A DNA stretch of 64,000 bases. It comes from an uncultured Candidatus Saccharibacteria bacterium. Its GTDB lineage: Bacteria; Patescibacteriota; Saccharimonadia; UBA4664; CAZOQX01. Below the pieces are notes generated by a model. It ran no database searches. It saw only the letters and a list, made by a program, of their open reading frames with translations, and had not been told where the DNA came from. This document shows positions 54,366 through 63,604 of the stretch, piece by piece; within the stretch, counting starts at the first letter, position 1; the number at the start of each line of letters is the position of its first letter. Both the position numbers and the translations under genes were made by a program. The stretch is taken from the NCBI GenBank assembly GCA_964582465.1, contig CAZOQX010000001.1:89214-153213 (forward strand), given 5' to 3'.

Positions 54366-54916
54366 TTCTTTAAGTAAGCGTTAATTGTTAGGTTGATGGT
54401 CAAAGGACTGGACGCAGATACACCCTTGGTTACGTTCATTGCGGTTACGCTATTGAAGCGGTTGAGGGTTTCTAGCCTCTGTAAGAAAGTTAAGAGGCCC
54501 GTGTAGCTGCCATTAATCTGAACATTGGCCGGTAGGCTGAGCAGACCGCCAACTACTTGAGTTTGGCTGGTTGATCCCGGCAAACCGCTGCCCGAGAGGA
54601 AGCTAGTGCTGACTAAATCAACTCCAGAGGCCGCCGCGATCTGTTGCAATTGGTTGACGATGGCTGATTGTTGTTTAGTTTTAGGGAGTGCTTCGTAAAG
54701 CTTAGGCACAGCTGACGAAACGGCTTGGTATTTATTCTGCAGCTTTGCTAGCTCGTCCAGGCTGGTATCGGCCAGTTGGACGTCGGCTAGGCGGATTTTA
54801 AGTGTCTGGATTTCGTGACGCAGCTTAGTATTCGCCCACCCGTAGGTAGCGCCGCCGGCCGCAAGCGCCAGCACGATTATGCCTGTCAGCAGATAATAAA
54901 ATTGCTTAGGTTTCAT
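54362..54916 (-). CDS. pilO: Type IV pilus assembly protein PilO
   Basis: N-terminal TM, coiled coil, PilO-like C-terminal domain. Position after pilN. Confidence 0.65.
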   Translation of the reverse strand: MKPKQFYYLLTGIIVLALAAGGATYGWANTKLRHEIQTLKIRLADVQLADTSLDELAKLQNKYQAVSSAVPKLYEALPKTKQQSAIVNQLQQIAAASGVDLVSTSFLSGSGLPGSTSQTQVVGGLLSLPANVQINGSYTGLLTFLQRLETLNRFNSVTAMNVTKGVSASSPLTINLTINAYLKK

Positions 54917-55455
54917 CTGGTTGCCCCCGGCTTAAAGGCGATGTCGAGTTGGGCCTTATAGGCTCCGGCACTAGGGTTGGTAATATTTTCGATATCGACC
55001 CCCTGGACGCGTTTGGATGACGCTAGGGCATCGCGGAAACCGCTGATGGCGGCAAATGAATTAGCCGTGACGGTAATTTGTGAAGGTTTCTTGTTGTCAG
55101 AGGATAGATTGAGTGAATCCCATGACACCCCGGCCGGAGTCAGTGTGGCTAGCTCCTGCAAGAGGGTAGAAAAGTGAGTTTGGCCTTGTTGGACCTGAGA
55201 AATTGCCTGCAACTGGTCCTGTAAATTCTTAGCATTCTGCTCAGTCGTGCTATACGTCGCGATCTTAGCCATGCGGTCAGCAAGATCGTGAGCCGCCTGG
55301 TCGAGCCGGTGTTTTACAAACCAATCGGATCCGGTCACTACCAAGGCGAGCACAATAGCTGCAATTATCAGTGCCCGGAAGTAGCGCACGAGGGTGGCGT
55401 TGCGCTTGGCGAAGGCTATTTGGTTCTTGAGTTCGGGAGGGAGTAGATTAATCAT
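54913..55455 (-). CDS. pilN: Type IV pilus assembly protein PilN
   Basis: MINLLPPELK N-terminus, diagnostic of PilN. TM, then coiled coil. Confidence 0.75.
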   Translation of the reverse strand: MINLLPPELKNQIAFAKRNATLVRYFRALIIAAIVLALVVTGSDWFVKHRLDQAAHDLADRMAKIATYSTTEQNAKNLQDQLQAISQVQQGQTHFSTLLQELATLTPAGVSWDSLNLSSDNKKPSQITVTANSFAAISGFRDALASSKRVQGVDIENITNPSAGAYKAQLDIAFKPGATR

Positions 55456-56518
55456 AGCCCAACCCCTTCATGGCGAGACCGATGGCGGTGTGATAGTGCG
55501 CCCGCTCGGTTTTGGGCGTCTTATCCGTAGTGAGTTTGTCCCAGGGGTCAAAAGCTAAGGCTGCGAGTCCCGTCGCCTGGGCCAGGTAGTCGGCTAGGCC
55601 AGGTACGGCAGCGCCATCTCCAGTTAAGATCAGGCCTTCAAGGCCAGCTCTATTGCCAGAATGATCTTTAAAGTAGTTTGTAACTCGCTTGGCTTCTGCT
55701 GCCACTTGGTCAAGCGAGTCGGCGCTAGCTTGCTTGATCTTGGGCAGCAAATCGCTTGCGCCGAGGCCCAATTTAGTAATAACTTGGCGGCTTTTGGTGT
55801 TGGTTAGCCCTAGTTTTTGCTCTACATTCTTAATAACCGATTCAGTTCCAATACTGACACTACCGGTGACCCTGATGACGCCTGCGAGCACGGCCAGATC
55901 AATTGATTGGGCTCCAAAGTTAATGATGAGAACTGGCTTGGTTTTAGCGACCGCCAGCTGCGCAGCTCGCGCCAGGGCGGCTAAACTAATCTCGATGACT
56001 TCAACTTCGAGCTCAAGCAGGTCGAATAGTTGGATATAGGAATCAACAATCGCTCTGGGAGTGGCGACTAGCAGGATTTCTTGTTGCGGTGCATCTTTTG
56101 TCTTGGGATCTACCGGTTTGGCACCAATTACAGTGTAGTCAATGTAAAGGTCATTGACCGGCACTGGAATATACTGCTCAGATTGGAGTTTGATTGCGCT
56201 GCTGAGCTCGGTCTTTGTCATCGGCGGCAGTTCAATCGTGCGGACAAAGGTCTTTGCGACTGGCAGTGAAGCTGCAACCCTGCGGGCGGAGAGTTTGCCT
56301 ACGGCTGCTTTTTCCAGGAGCGGCTTTACGACTTGAGCTATAGCTTGGGGGTCGGAGATAATGCCCTCCAAGATCACATCAGGTGAAAACCTCGCAGATC
56401 CGTAGCCCGCTACTTTTAAGCCATGATGGCTCTGCTCGAGCTGCATGAGCTTAACTTCTTCCGGGCCAATATCGAAGCCCAAAATCGGCTGAGGTTTGTA
56501 TACTAGTGGTACGCGCAT
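55448..56518 (-). CDS. pilM: Type IV pilus assembly ATPase-like protein PilM
   Basis: Actin-like fold motifs (ILGFDIGPEEVKL ... LTGDGAAVPGL). 356 aa. Confidence 0.85.
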   Translation of the reverse strand: MRVPLVYKPQPILGFDIGPEEVKLMQLEQSHHGLKVAGYGSARFSPDVILEGIISDPQAIAQVVKPLLEKAAVGKLSARRVAASLPVAKTFVRTIELPPMTKTELSSAIKLQSEQYIPVPVNDLYIDYTVIGAKPVDPKTKDAPQQEILLVATPRAIVDSYIQLFDLLELEVEVIEISLAALARAAQLAVAKTKPVLIINFGAQSIDLAVLAGVIRVTGSVSIGTESVIKNVEQKLGLTNTKSRQVITKLGLGASDLLPKIKQASADSLDQVAAEAKRVTNYFKDHSGNRAGLEGLILTGDGAAVPGLADYLAQATGLAALAFDPWDKLTTDKTPKTERAHYHTAIGLAMKGLGYD

Positions 56519-56553
56519 TTTCTAAGCTTTAGCATTTTCATAATTATAGCAGT

Positions 56554-57945
56554 TTAAAGCCGCTCATAGTACCTGACATCCCAAGTAATGGCAGAGCCGC
56601 CTACTGAGTAGCCGAACGTGATGTTGCCATTGTTCTGCAGCTCGATCGTTTGACCGTTGATTCCGCCGACCGCCCCGTTGTTATTAACAAATACCTTGGT
56701 CCAGCGCGCGTAGAAGAGGGTATTTGCTCCTAGCCCGCTATTGCCCATGGTCATCGTTTTTATGCCCTGAGAATTAGCGAGATTAGCACCAGTAACGTTT
56801 GTGCAATCGGGTGAGCAGCTCGCCTTACTGTAAAAGGTAATGAACTTAAATCCCCATCCCGCCTGATTGGACGCAATCACAGCATTGTTAATAAAGTTTG
56901 CGCCACCGCTGCCATCGATCATGATAACTGGGGCAGCACCCAGAGAATCACTGACCTTGATGGCGGCTTGGTTTTTGATGGTGAAGTCGCCATCAATCCA
57001 AATATTTCCCATGACGGTAACGACGCAGGAGTTGTTCAGGCTTACACTGCCTCCGGTGATGTGGGTATTGGCTGGCCAGGTTTTAGAGCCGCTGGAACAG
57101 CTGGCACTTGCCGCATCCATGGTGTTTGTCACCGCTGCTTTTTGAGCGGCGCGGTCGTAGTCGGGCATCGCCATGTAACTAACGCCGCTCGAACCCACTA
57201 GCCCGTTGTTACTCATGCCTGTCGTTGAAGTTTGGTTATTAGCCGTGACATTGCCATAAATGTGGGCAGTGTTGATGATACTAATAGGTTGCCCGCTAGC
57301 ACATAGGGCAGGGTAAGTGTTGTCGGCCGGCGACGGGCAGTTGTAGTAAGCGACATTAACCGTAGCTGGTTGAGTCACCGACCCAATCGTGGCATTGTTG
57401 CTCAGGCTGATCTTGCCGTCAATGTATACCAGGCCGCCGATGATGGCATTATTGCTCATCGCGAGTCCGCCGGCGCCGCTAACAACGGCATAGCCTTGGG
57501 CCTGTGTACCCTCAATGACGAGCTTAACGGTGCGAGTAAGAATTGGCGTGGTGGCGGTTTGGGGAAAGTAAATTTTTCCAACTGAATAAACGATTTTTTC
57601 ATTGGCGATCGAACCGGCAGCACTGCAGGTTTCATACGTCCCCTTGCCCTGGGTGCTGTCGTTAAAAAGCGTGACCGGACTGGCGCCACTGGAAGTAATG
57701 GGACAAGTGATATTTGTGCCGGTATAGCTATTATTTAAGTTGATGTTGTAGAGGAAGCTGTCTGCTCCTGCTTCGGCGACAGCGAGGGCGTCAAGCCCAA
57801 TAAGATTGCGCCGGGCGGAGTTATAAATCGCCGAGCTGTAGAGTGTGATCGCCACAATCATGGTAAAAAAGATCGCCCCAATTATGATAATGACGGGCAA
57901 TATTAATCCCCGCTGACCCCGGAGCTTTAGTCGAACTTTCATCAT
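56554..57945 (-). CDS. PilX N-terminal domain protein: large Asn/Gly/Ser/Thr-rich pilus-associated protein (463 aa)
   Basis: N-terminus MMKVRLKLRGQRGLILPVIIIIGAIFFTMIVAI matches PilX_N. The remainder is beta-rich and repetitive. Confidence 0.55.
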   Translation of the reverse strand: MMKVRLKLRGQRGLILPVIIIIGAIFFTMIVAITLYSSAIYNSARRNLIGLDALAVAEAGADSFLYNINLNNSYTGTNITCPITSSGASPVTLFNDSTQGKGTYETCSAAGSIANEKIVYSVGKIYFPQTATTPILTRTVKLVIEGTQAQGYAVVSGAGGLAMSNNAIIGGLVYIDGKISLSNNATIGSVTQPATVNVAYYNCPSPADNTYPALCASGQPISIINTAHIYGNVTANNQTSTTGMSNNGLVGSSGVSYMAMPDYDRAAQKAAVTNTMDAASASCSSGSKTWPANTHITGGSVSLNNSCVVTVMGNIWIDGDFTIKNQAAIKVSDSLGAAPVIMIDGSGGANFINNAVIASNQAGWGFKFITFYSKASCSPDCTNVTGANLANSQGIKTMTMGNSGLGANTLFYARWTKVFVNNNGAVGGINGQTIELQNNGNITFGYSVGGSAITWDVRYYERL

Positions 57946-58622
57946 TTGTTCCTCAGGCTGGCAATAGTGGTGAAGCTGCTGGTCAAGGTCTGCCCACCCG
58001 ATGTTTTAGTTTGCTTTAGGGTGACTTTAACTGCCTCTGTCCCGCTGGGCGAAGTGACAGGATTATTGGAGGCATCATAATATTGGGTCACGAGGTCGGC
58101 CACATCTTCCACCACCTTGGCGTCGGCTGGACAGCTCGCTGTAACGGCACTGGGCGGGCAAGTCGTAATGGCTGTGTTGCCTGGAGCGCCCGGATTAGCC
58201 AGGGTGCGGCGATAAAGAATTCTAGTAGTAGGGTCAATGAAATAGATCACATCGTTGACATACGGGGTATTGTGTTGGCCATCGATGTAGAGGATATTAC
58301 CGCTCGTGTTGTGAGCCGGGACCGCCAAAATTAAAGTGGCATTATCGCCGGAGGCAGCCGACCAGCTATACAAGTTGCTCGGCGCGCCTGGGGCATGCTG
58401 ATCAGCTAAGGAGTTGGATGCTTCAACGCCGCGAGCTGACCGAATGGTATCCGAGGTAGTTAGCACTGCTTGTTTTGTATTATTCTGGATAATCGTGATG
58501 GTTTGTTGTCGAGCCAAGTTGGCCAGAACTTTGCCTATAAATTGGCCCATAATCAAAACCATAATGGATGTGACCGCGAGAGCGACCAGGAGCTCAAGTA
58601 AGCTGAAACCACGCTCGCTCAC
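57942..58622 (-). CDS. Minor pilin with prepilin-type N-terminal cleavage/methylation domain
   Basis: MSERGFSLLELLVALAVTSIMVL class III signal. Confidence 0.7.
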   Translation of the reverse strand: MSERGFSLLELLVALAVTSIMVLIMGQFIGKVLANLARQQTITIIQNNTKQAVLTTSDTIRSARGVEASNSLADQHAPGAPSNLYSWSAASGDNATLILAVPAHNTSGNILYIDGQHNTPYVNDVIYFIDPTTRILYRRTLANPGAPGNTAITTCPPSAVTASCPADAKVVEDVADLVTQYYDASNNPVTSPSGTEAVKVTLKQTKTSGGQTLTSSFTTIASLRNK

Positions 58623-59029
58623 TTGTTAATTCCTCGGCTGGCAATTAATGTTGCCACGGCGATATTTTTGGTACTCCCAGCTTCAGTGTAGGCGACGTTT
58701 ATCACAACCTTTTTTAAACTGCCGGCTTGTATTTCCGTGATAGTAGCAGTCGCTGATCTCGGTGTGTGCAGAGATGGGTAGGGGCTGAGTTGGCTGATCA
58801 AGTCCACTGTTCCGACTGGAATTGAATTGTATGGTGTGTTGCGGTAGACCTCTTCTTGCTGCTGGACCACCTGGGTGGCAATCGTGAGGTTCTTGGTTTT
58901 GTGATTAAGATTCTGGATGCCGAAGATGGCCGTGATTATTACGGAGACAATTACCCCCATCACGGCGGCGGCAACTATAAGCTCTAATAGGGAGAAACCG
59001 GCTTGAGGGGCCCACCTCGATTTGCGCAT
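58619..59029 (-). CDS. Minor pilin with prepilin-type N-terminal cleavage/methylation domain
   Basis: ...QAGFSLLELIVAAAVMGVIVSVI class III signal. Confidence 0.7.
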   Translation of the reverse strand: MRKSRWAPQAGFSLLELIVAAAVMGVIVSVIITAIFGIQNLNHKTKNLTIATQVVQQQEEVYRNTPYNSIPVGTVDLISQLSPYPSLHTPRSATATITEIQAGSLKKVVINVAYTEAGSTKNIAVATLIASRGINK

Positions 59030-59081
59030 GTTCTTATTTTAGCGTAAGCGTTTTGATTAAGCTAATGGACTAAAAAGGCTG

Positions 59082-59115
59082 AGGGCCGCCAACTCGGGTG
59101 AGTTGGCGGCCCTCA
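59082..59115 (-). terminator. Intrinsic terminator for the dnaN-like gene (perfect 15-bp stem)
   Basis: GAGGGCCGCCAACTC-GGGT-GAGTTGGCGGCCCTC. On the minus strand it is followed by AGCCTTTTTAG. Confidence 0.65.
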
Positions 59116-59131
59116 TGGGCGCTCGGGTGTC

Positions 59132-60238
59132 CTAGCCCACCGGAGCTGGTATGCGGACGGGCATCACGATGTAGGTGAAGTCCGCGCTTTCGCCGCGAAT
59201 GACGCCCGGCTTCAGGCCGTCGCGAACCTGAATGGTCGCCTCATCATCACCAACTGCCAGTAGGCCGTCGGCGAAGTAGCCAGGGTTGAAGGCCACCGTC
59301 ATGTCCTCGCCTTCGTAGGTACCCTCGATGGCCTCGATGGCGTTGCCGAGGTCGGGCGAAGAGGAGGTCAGGCGGACGCCGAGAGCGTTGAATTCGAACC
59401 GCAGCGGGGTGTTCTCACGGGCCAGGATGCCGACTCGGTGCACGGCCGCGAGCAGGTCTCGCCGGTTGACCCTGAGCTGGTTCTCGTAGTGGTCGGGGAG
59501 CAGCTGCCGGTAGTTCGGGAACTGTCCCTCGATCAGGCGGGTGGACATGGTGAAGTCTCCACCCTCGAACCAGGTTTGGCTCGAGCCGAAGTACAGCTTG
59601 ATGTTACTCTTCGCGTCCAGGTCACCCGCCACCCGGCTCATCTCGCCGATGGCGCGGTTGGGAATGATGCAGGAGCTGTTGCTGGCGCCATCGATCGGGA
59701 GCATTCGTACGGCCAGTCGGTAGCTGTCGGTCGCGGCGAAAGCGAGCTCGCTGCCGCTCAGTTCCAGCAGGACGCCAGTCAGGGTTGGCCGGGCTTCGTC
59801 CCTGCTGGCGGCACGGGCTACCTGGGAGACGGCCAGACTGAAGTCGGCGGCCGGTACGGTGAGGATGATCCCGTCTGGTCTCTGCCAGCTCGGGAAGTCC
59901 TCGGACGGCAGCAGCCGTACCACGCCTTCGTAGGCCTGGCACAGGATGCTCGCTTGGCCTCCGTCGGCGGTGAAGGTCACCACCGCCTGGGGCAGTAATT
60001 TGACGATCTCACCGAGCAGCCTGGCCGGGATCAGCGCGACGCCGGCTTCTTCGACCTGTACGGCCAGGTTCAGCCGTGTGCTCACCTCGAGATCGGTGGT
60101 GGTCAGGACCAGCCCTCCGTCCTCGGTCGCTTCGATGTAGACGCCGGTCAGAGCTGGGATGCCGGGGCGATTGGACACGCCCCGTTGCACCGCAGCCAGA
60201 GCCTCGGCCAAGTCGTCGCGGTCTGCGCGGAACTTCAT
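59132..60238 (-). CDS. dnaN: DNA polymerase III beta subunit (sliding clamp) paralog of actinobacterial type, in a high-GC island
   Basis: MKFRADRDDLAEALAAVQRGVSNRPGIPALTGVYIEA...TDSYRLAVRMLP...EGQFPNYRQLLP...MTVAFNPGYFADGL...YIVMPVRIP closely parallel Mycobacterium-type DnaN. AAGGAGG RBS before M13. About 64 % GC. Confidence 0.85.
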   Translation of the reverse strand: MKFRADRDDLAEALAAVQRGVSNRPGIPALTGVYIEATEDGGLVLTTTDLEVSTRLNLAVQVEEAGVALIPARLLGEIVKLLPQAVVTFTADGGQASILCQAYEGVVRLLPSEDFPSWQRPDGIILTVPAADFSLAVSQVARAASRDEARPTLTGVLLELSGSELAFAATDSYRLAVRMLPIDGASNSSCIIPNRAIGEMSRVAGDLDAKSNIKLYFGSSQTWFEGGDFTMSTRLIEGQFPNYRQLLPDHYENQLRVNRRDLLAAVHRVGILARENTPLRFEFNALGVRLTSSSPDLGNAIEAIEGTYEGEDMTVAFNPGYFADGLLAVGDDEATIQVRDGLKPGVIRGESADFTYIVMPVRIPAPVG

Positions 60239-60399
60239 GCTGGGCGCCTCCTTCTGGAGTTGTGGGGTACGCACCTCTTAATAACCAACCGTACAATTTC
60301 TATGAGTTACTCGCAAGCATAAGTGTTGAGGTTGGCGTTAATATTCGTCGGAGTGTATAAATGTAAAACGAAGGTGTGAACCTACACAAGTGAGGAGTT

Positions 60400-61503
60400 G
60401 TGGCCAAAACCGAAATCCAGTTCTTTCCGGAACGGCTTACAGTGGTAACGGAGCGTCTCTACGCCAACTACGAGCAGAAGGGCTATCCCTACAACCGTCC
60501 TGATGCCGTGCTGCCACAGGACTTCGTGCCGCCGCGCTTGGTGCGCGGTGGCAGGGAAGAGGCACTTTACTTCTTCTACCTGTGCATTTACATGCGCATG
60601 CAACAGAGTAACGTCGCGGCGCGCAAAATGGCTGAGATCTATGACATGGAGTTGTGGGAATACTCCCACGGTGGCAACATCTTTGAGCCAGCCGATGCCG
60701 CTAGGATGGATCCCGTGCAAGTGGGAGAATTCATGCGTGCCAATGGGCTGGGCCAGTTCTACAAGACCAACCCGGGTTACTGGGTGCAGAATTCGGCCAT
60801 GCTGATGCAAGAATGGGATGGGGACCCTCGTAACATGTTTGCGAACATTCGCACATACGAAGACGCGCTCAAACATGTGCGGAAGTTCCGGGGATTCGAC
60901 AAAAAGATGACCAGCATGATCTTGTATTTCATGATGGATGTTGGTCTGATGGAGCCCTTCATATTTCCAATCCCAGTTGATTTCCATGTTCAACGTATCG
61001 CCGCCGAAACCGATTCGGTGACATGGCCATACGGTGTGCAGCCTGGAATCACGAATGATCGCCTGGGTGATCTTTTGCGGCCGTTCTTCCAGGATTACGC
61101 AGAGGAGCATGGTGTTAGCCCTTTGCGCTTGGCTGATGTGCTGTGGTTACATGGCAGCTTGATGTGCGAGGACAATCCGGGCAACCGTACCCACGCGGGC
61201 GAATACAATGCTCGTTCTACGCATATCCAGCCCCATCACGTTACCTGGAAAAGGGCTGAGGTTGCTTCGTTCATGCGGTCGTGCGCCCAATGCCCGGTGC
61301 GGAAGCTTTGCACCACCAATGTACCCTCAGAGTACAACTCTACGCTGGGAAAAATTGTACGGGATTCACCGCGCGAAGAGCCTCCTTCCGATTGGTATGG
61401 CGCGTTTGAGTCTACGTTCGAACCAAACGTGGCGACCACTCCAAGCGCCCCAAAGGCTACCAAGGTTCAGCCCCCTCCTTCCGATCATCCCACCCTGTTC
61501 TAG
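60400..61503 (+). CDS. HhH-GPD superfamily DNA glycosylase-like protein with C-terminal Cys cluster (367 aa), high-GC
   Basis: FRGFDKKMTSMILYFMMDVG...PIPVDFHVQRI parallels the EndoIII/MutY helix-hairpin-helix lysine and VDTHVxRV catalytic-Asp region. SCAQCPVRKLC (C-x2-C-x5-C). Confidence 0.45.
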   Translation: MAKTEIQFFPERLTVVTERLYANYEQKGYPYNRPDAVLPQDFVPPRLVRGGREEALYFFYLCIYMRMQQSNVAARKMAEIYDMELWEYSHGGNIFEPADAARMDPVQVGEFMRANGLGQFYKTNPGYWVQNSAMLMQEWDGDPRNMFANIRTYEDALKHVRKFRGFDKKMTSMILYFMMDVGLMEPFIFPIPVDFHVQRIAAETDSVTWPYGVQPGITNDRLGDLLRPFFQDYAEEHGVSPLRLADVLWLHGSLMCEDNPGNRTHAGEYNARSTHIQPHHVTWKRAEVASFMRSCAQCPVRKLCTTNVPSEYNSTLGKIVRDSPREEPPSDWYGAFESTFEPNVATTPSAPKATKVQPPPSDHPTLF

Positions 61504-61619
61504 CCGCCCCGACTGCCGTGTACGCGATGGTCGGGGCGGTTCTCATTATTATCATTAGCGAAAATGCTTGAGCTAACGAAAGCACGAGCGTAATATTAAA
61601 GTACTTACGGCTACACGAG

Positions 61620-62972
61620 GTGGAAGTAAGTCGCACGTTGAATTCTGACGTGCCCGAGACTATGAAGGGGGTGAATCCCTTGGTGGCTCGTCGCGACGAG
61701 ATGGAGCAGTTGGCGCCGCCCCTCAGGGGGCACCCCGATCTCCACATCGTCAAGTCGATCTCAACATCGGCGCCTCGACGACGGCGCAATTCACTGGTTA
61801 ACCAGAAGCATCGCCGCTTGCCTGTTGCTTGCACCAACGTACTGGCGCAAGAGCGAGAGGCAACCGATCCGGAGCACATTCAGGGCATCGCCAGCAACAT
61901 GGAAGAGCTAGGCATGCTCCAGGATCCGATGGCCATCATTTTCACCGAACGCACGGCACTCGAGCGCTATCTGAAATATTGGAACGCGCTCTACGCCGAT
62001 CGTGAGGTCAGTGAAGGGGTCTTCTGGCATCGTGAAGTGGAAGACTTGGTCGAGTGGACGGGGCACCCCGGCTGCTGGATCATCTTAGTCTTCGGTGAGC
62101 ATCGCTACTCAGCCCGAGTGCTGCAGGGGCGGAAGTGGATCGAAGTCAAGGTCCGCTACAACGTCCGCCCTCGCCGTGGCGCCGACATCCAGGTTTCAGA
62201 AAACAGCGCCAAGATTCCGGCACCGGAAGAGCGCGCCAAGTATCTCGACAAGTGCTGGCGCATGGACCAACTGTTGGCTCACCCGCCCACTCTCAAGACC
62301 TTCGCAAACAAGAAGAAGGTGAGTGAGCAGACCGTTCGCGACGCCATCCGGTACAGCCGGCTCCCCCAGTGGGTGGAGAAGGACCATGTCAAGAAGGGCC
62401 ATATCCGCTACCGGCACGCTGTGGAGATTGCTCGACTTGTTGGCACCGAGCACGACGAGAACCGGATGCATTACTACATCCAGCGCACCATTGTCGGTGG
62501 CTGGAAGCCGGAAGACCTGGCGAAGAAGATCAGTGAGTACCTGAAGAACCTGAAGCAGAACAGCTTCGCAATGATGGTTCAGGACCCGAGCGATGATCGT
62601 CACATCCGTGCCCTCATCGCGCGTCGTGACCTTAGGGCCACTCGCGAGGGATTGCGCTGGGCCAAGGGAGTCACCAAGGCTATCCAAGACGGCACGTTCG
62701 ACAATGTTCTGGTACCGCGAAGCGTCAGCCGTTTCCAGTATGAGCTCGCCGAGCATCTGCTGCAGGCGCTACCGCACTCGCCCAAGGGTCGGGAAGCCAG
62801 CGAGGCCATCAGGCGTGCCATGGACGACTTCCTGGTTCCGCTGCATGCGGAGATCTCGGCGCTGCTTGCCGCCAACCCGGTCGATATCGCCGAGCACGAG
62901 CGGGCTCTCATCGCTGCCGACGACGACGTGGAGAAGATCCACGCCCTCGCCGTCCTCGGAACAACCTCGTAA
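61620..62972 (+). CDS. ParB/Srx-like nuclease domain protein with C-terminal HTH (450 aa), high-GC
   Basis: ParB N-domain-like IQGIASNMEELGMLQDPMAIIF and ILVFGEHRYSARV (GERR-box-like). HTH-like KKKVSEQTVRDAIRYSRLPQWV. The true start may be an internal Met. Confidence 0.5.
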   Translation: MEVSRTLNSDVPETMKGVNPLVARRDEMEQLAPPLRGHPDLHIVKSISTSAPRRRRNSLVNQKHRRLPVACTNVLAQEREATDPEHIQGIASNMEELGMLQDPMAIIFTERTALERYLKYWNALYADREVSEGVFWHREVEDLVEWTGHPGCWIILVFGEHRYSARVLQGRKWIEVKVRYNVRPRRGADIQVSENSAKIPAPEERAKYLDKCWRMDQLLAHPPTLKTFANKKKVSEQTVRDAIRYSRLPQWVEKDHVKKGHIRYRHAVEIARLVGTEHDENRMHYYIQRTIVGGWKPEDLAKKISEYLKNLKQNSFAMMVQDPSDDRHIRALIARRDLRATREGLRWAKGVTKAIQDGTFDNVLVPRSVSRFQYELAEHLLQALPHSPKGREASEAIRRAMDDFLVPLHAEISALLAANPVDIAEHERALIAADDDVEKIHALAVLGTTS

Positions 62973-63061
62973 CGGGGCGTTTTGCCACATCCAGTGGTGA
63001 AGCGCCCCAACGCGTTTTATGCCTAAGTTTGTAATCATCTTTATCTAAGTCAAATTTAAAC

Positions 63062-63088
63062 AAAAACTCCGGCGAACCGGAGCTTTTG
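63062..63088. terminator. Bidirectional intrinsic terminator between the ParB-like gene (+) and pilA (-)
   Basis: AAAAA-CTCCGG-CGAA-CCGGAG-CTTTT. Confidence 0.6.
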
Positions 63089-63105
63089 CGTGAAGGACCT
63101 AACTG

Positions 63106-63528
63106 TTATTGAGCTTGGCTTGTAACCTCGTAGGTCGCGGGCGGAACGTTGATCTGTTTGTCGCTGGTGTTCTCCAGCGTCGCGTCTAGCTTGTAGCTAG
63201 TACAGTCGGTTCCGGTACAACCGGCGGGGGTGTAAACGTAGCTTTGACCGCTCTTCGGGTCGCTGGGCATAGCCTTAATGTACTTTGGTGTCAAAGTACT
63301 AGAGAGGCCAGCGTAGTCACCGGATGGGTAGGCCTCGTTATCAGCGTGATACGCTTCCAACGCGGTCTGGGTCTGGCGCAGGTCATTCTTACGCTGAGCG
63401 TCACGAGCCCGTTGCGGGCCGGAAGCTAGATTGGGAACGATCAAGACGGCCAAAATACCGATGATCACAATGACGACCAGAAGCTCGAGCAGCGTAAAAC
63501 CGCCTTGCTTCTTGAGTGCTCTAAGCAT
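63106..63528 (-). CDS. pilA: Major type IV pilin (PilA-like)
   Basis: MLRALKKQGGFTLLELLVVIVIIGILAVLIVPNL prepilin leader. Cys pair near the C-terminus. AAGGAGG RBS. The longer ORF-track start is unlikely. Confidence 0.8.
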   Translation of the reverse strand: MLRALKKQGGFTLLELLVVIVIIGILAVLIVPNLASGPQRARDAQRKNDLRQTQTALEAYHADNEAYPSGDYAGLSSTLTPKYIKAMPSDPKSGQSYVYTPAGCTGTDCTSYKLDATLENTSDKQINVPPATYEVTSQAQ

Positions 63529-63604
63529 ATGAGTGCTTACCTCCTTAATTATTTGGTAGTAGTGTCCTACTTGACCCCAGTATAAAGTGGTTATGCTTCC
63601 TCTG

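Noticed and set aside
59438-60360. ORFs antisense to or overlapping the dnaN-like gene (59438..59998 +, 59622..59942 -, 60009..60296 -, 60076..60360 +)
   Set aside because: GC-rich frame artefacts. The minus-strand frame carries unmistakable DnaN motifs along its whole length.
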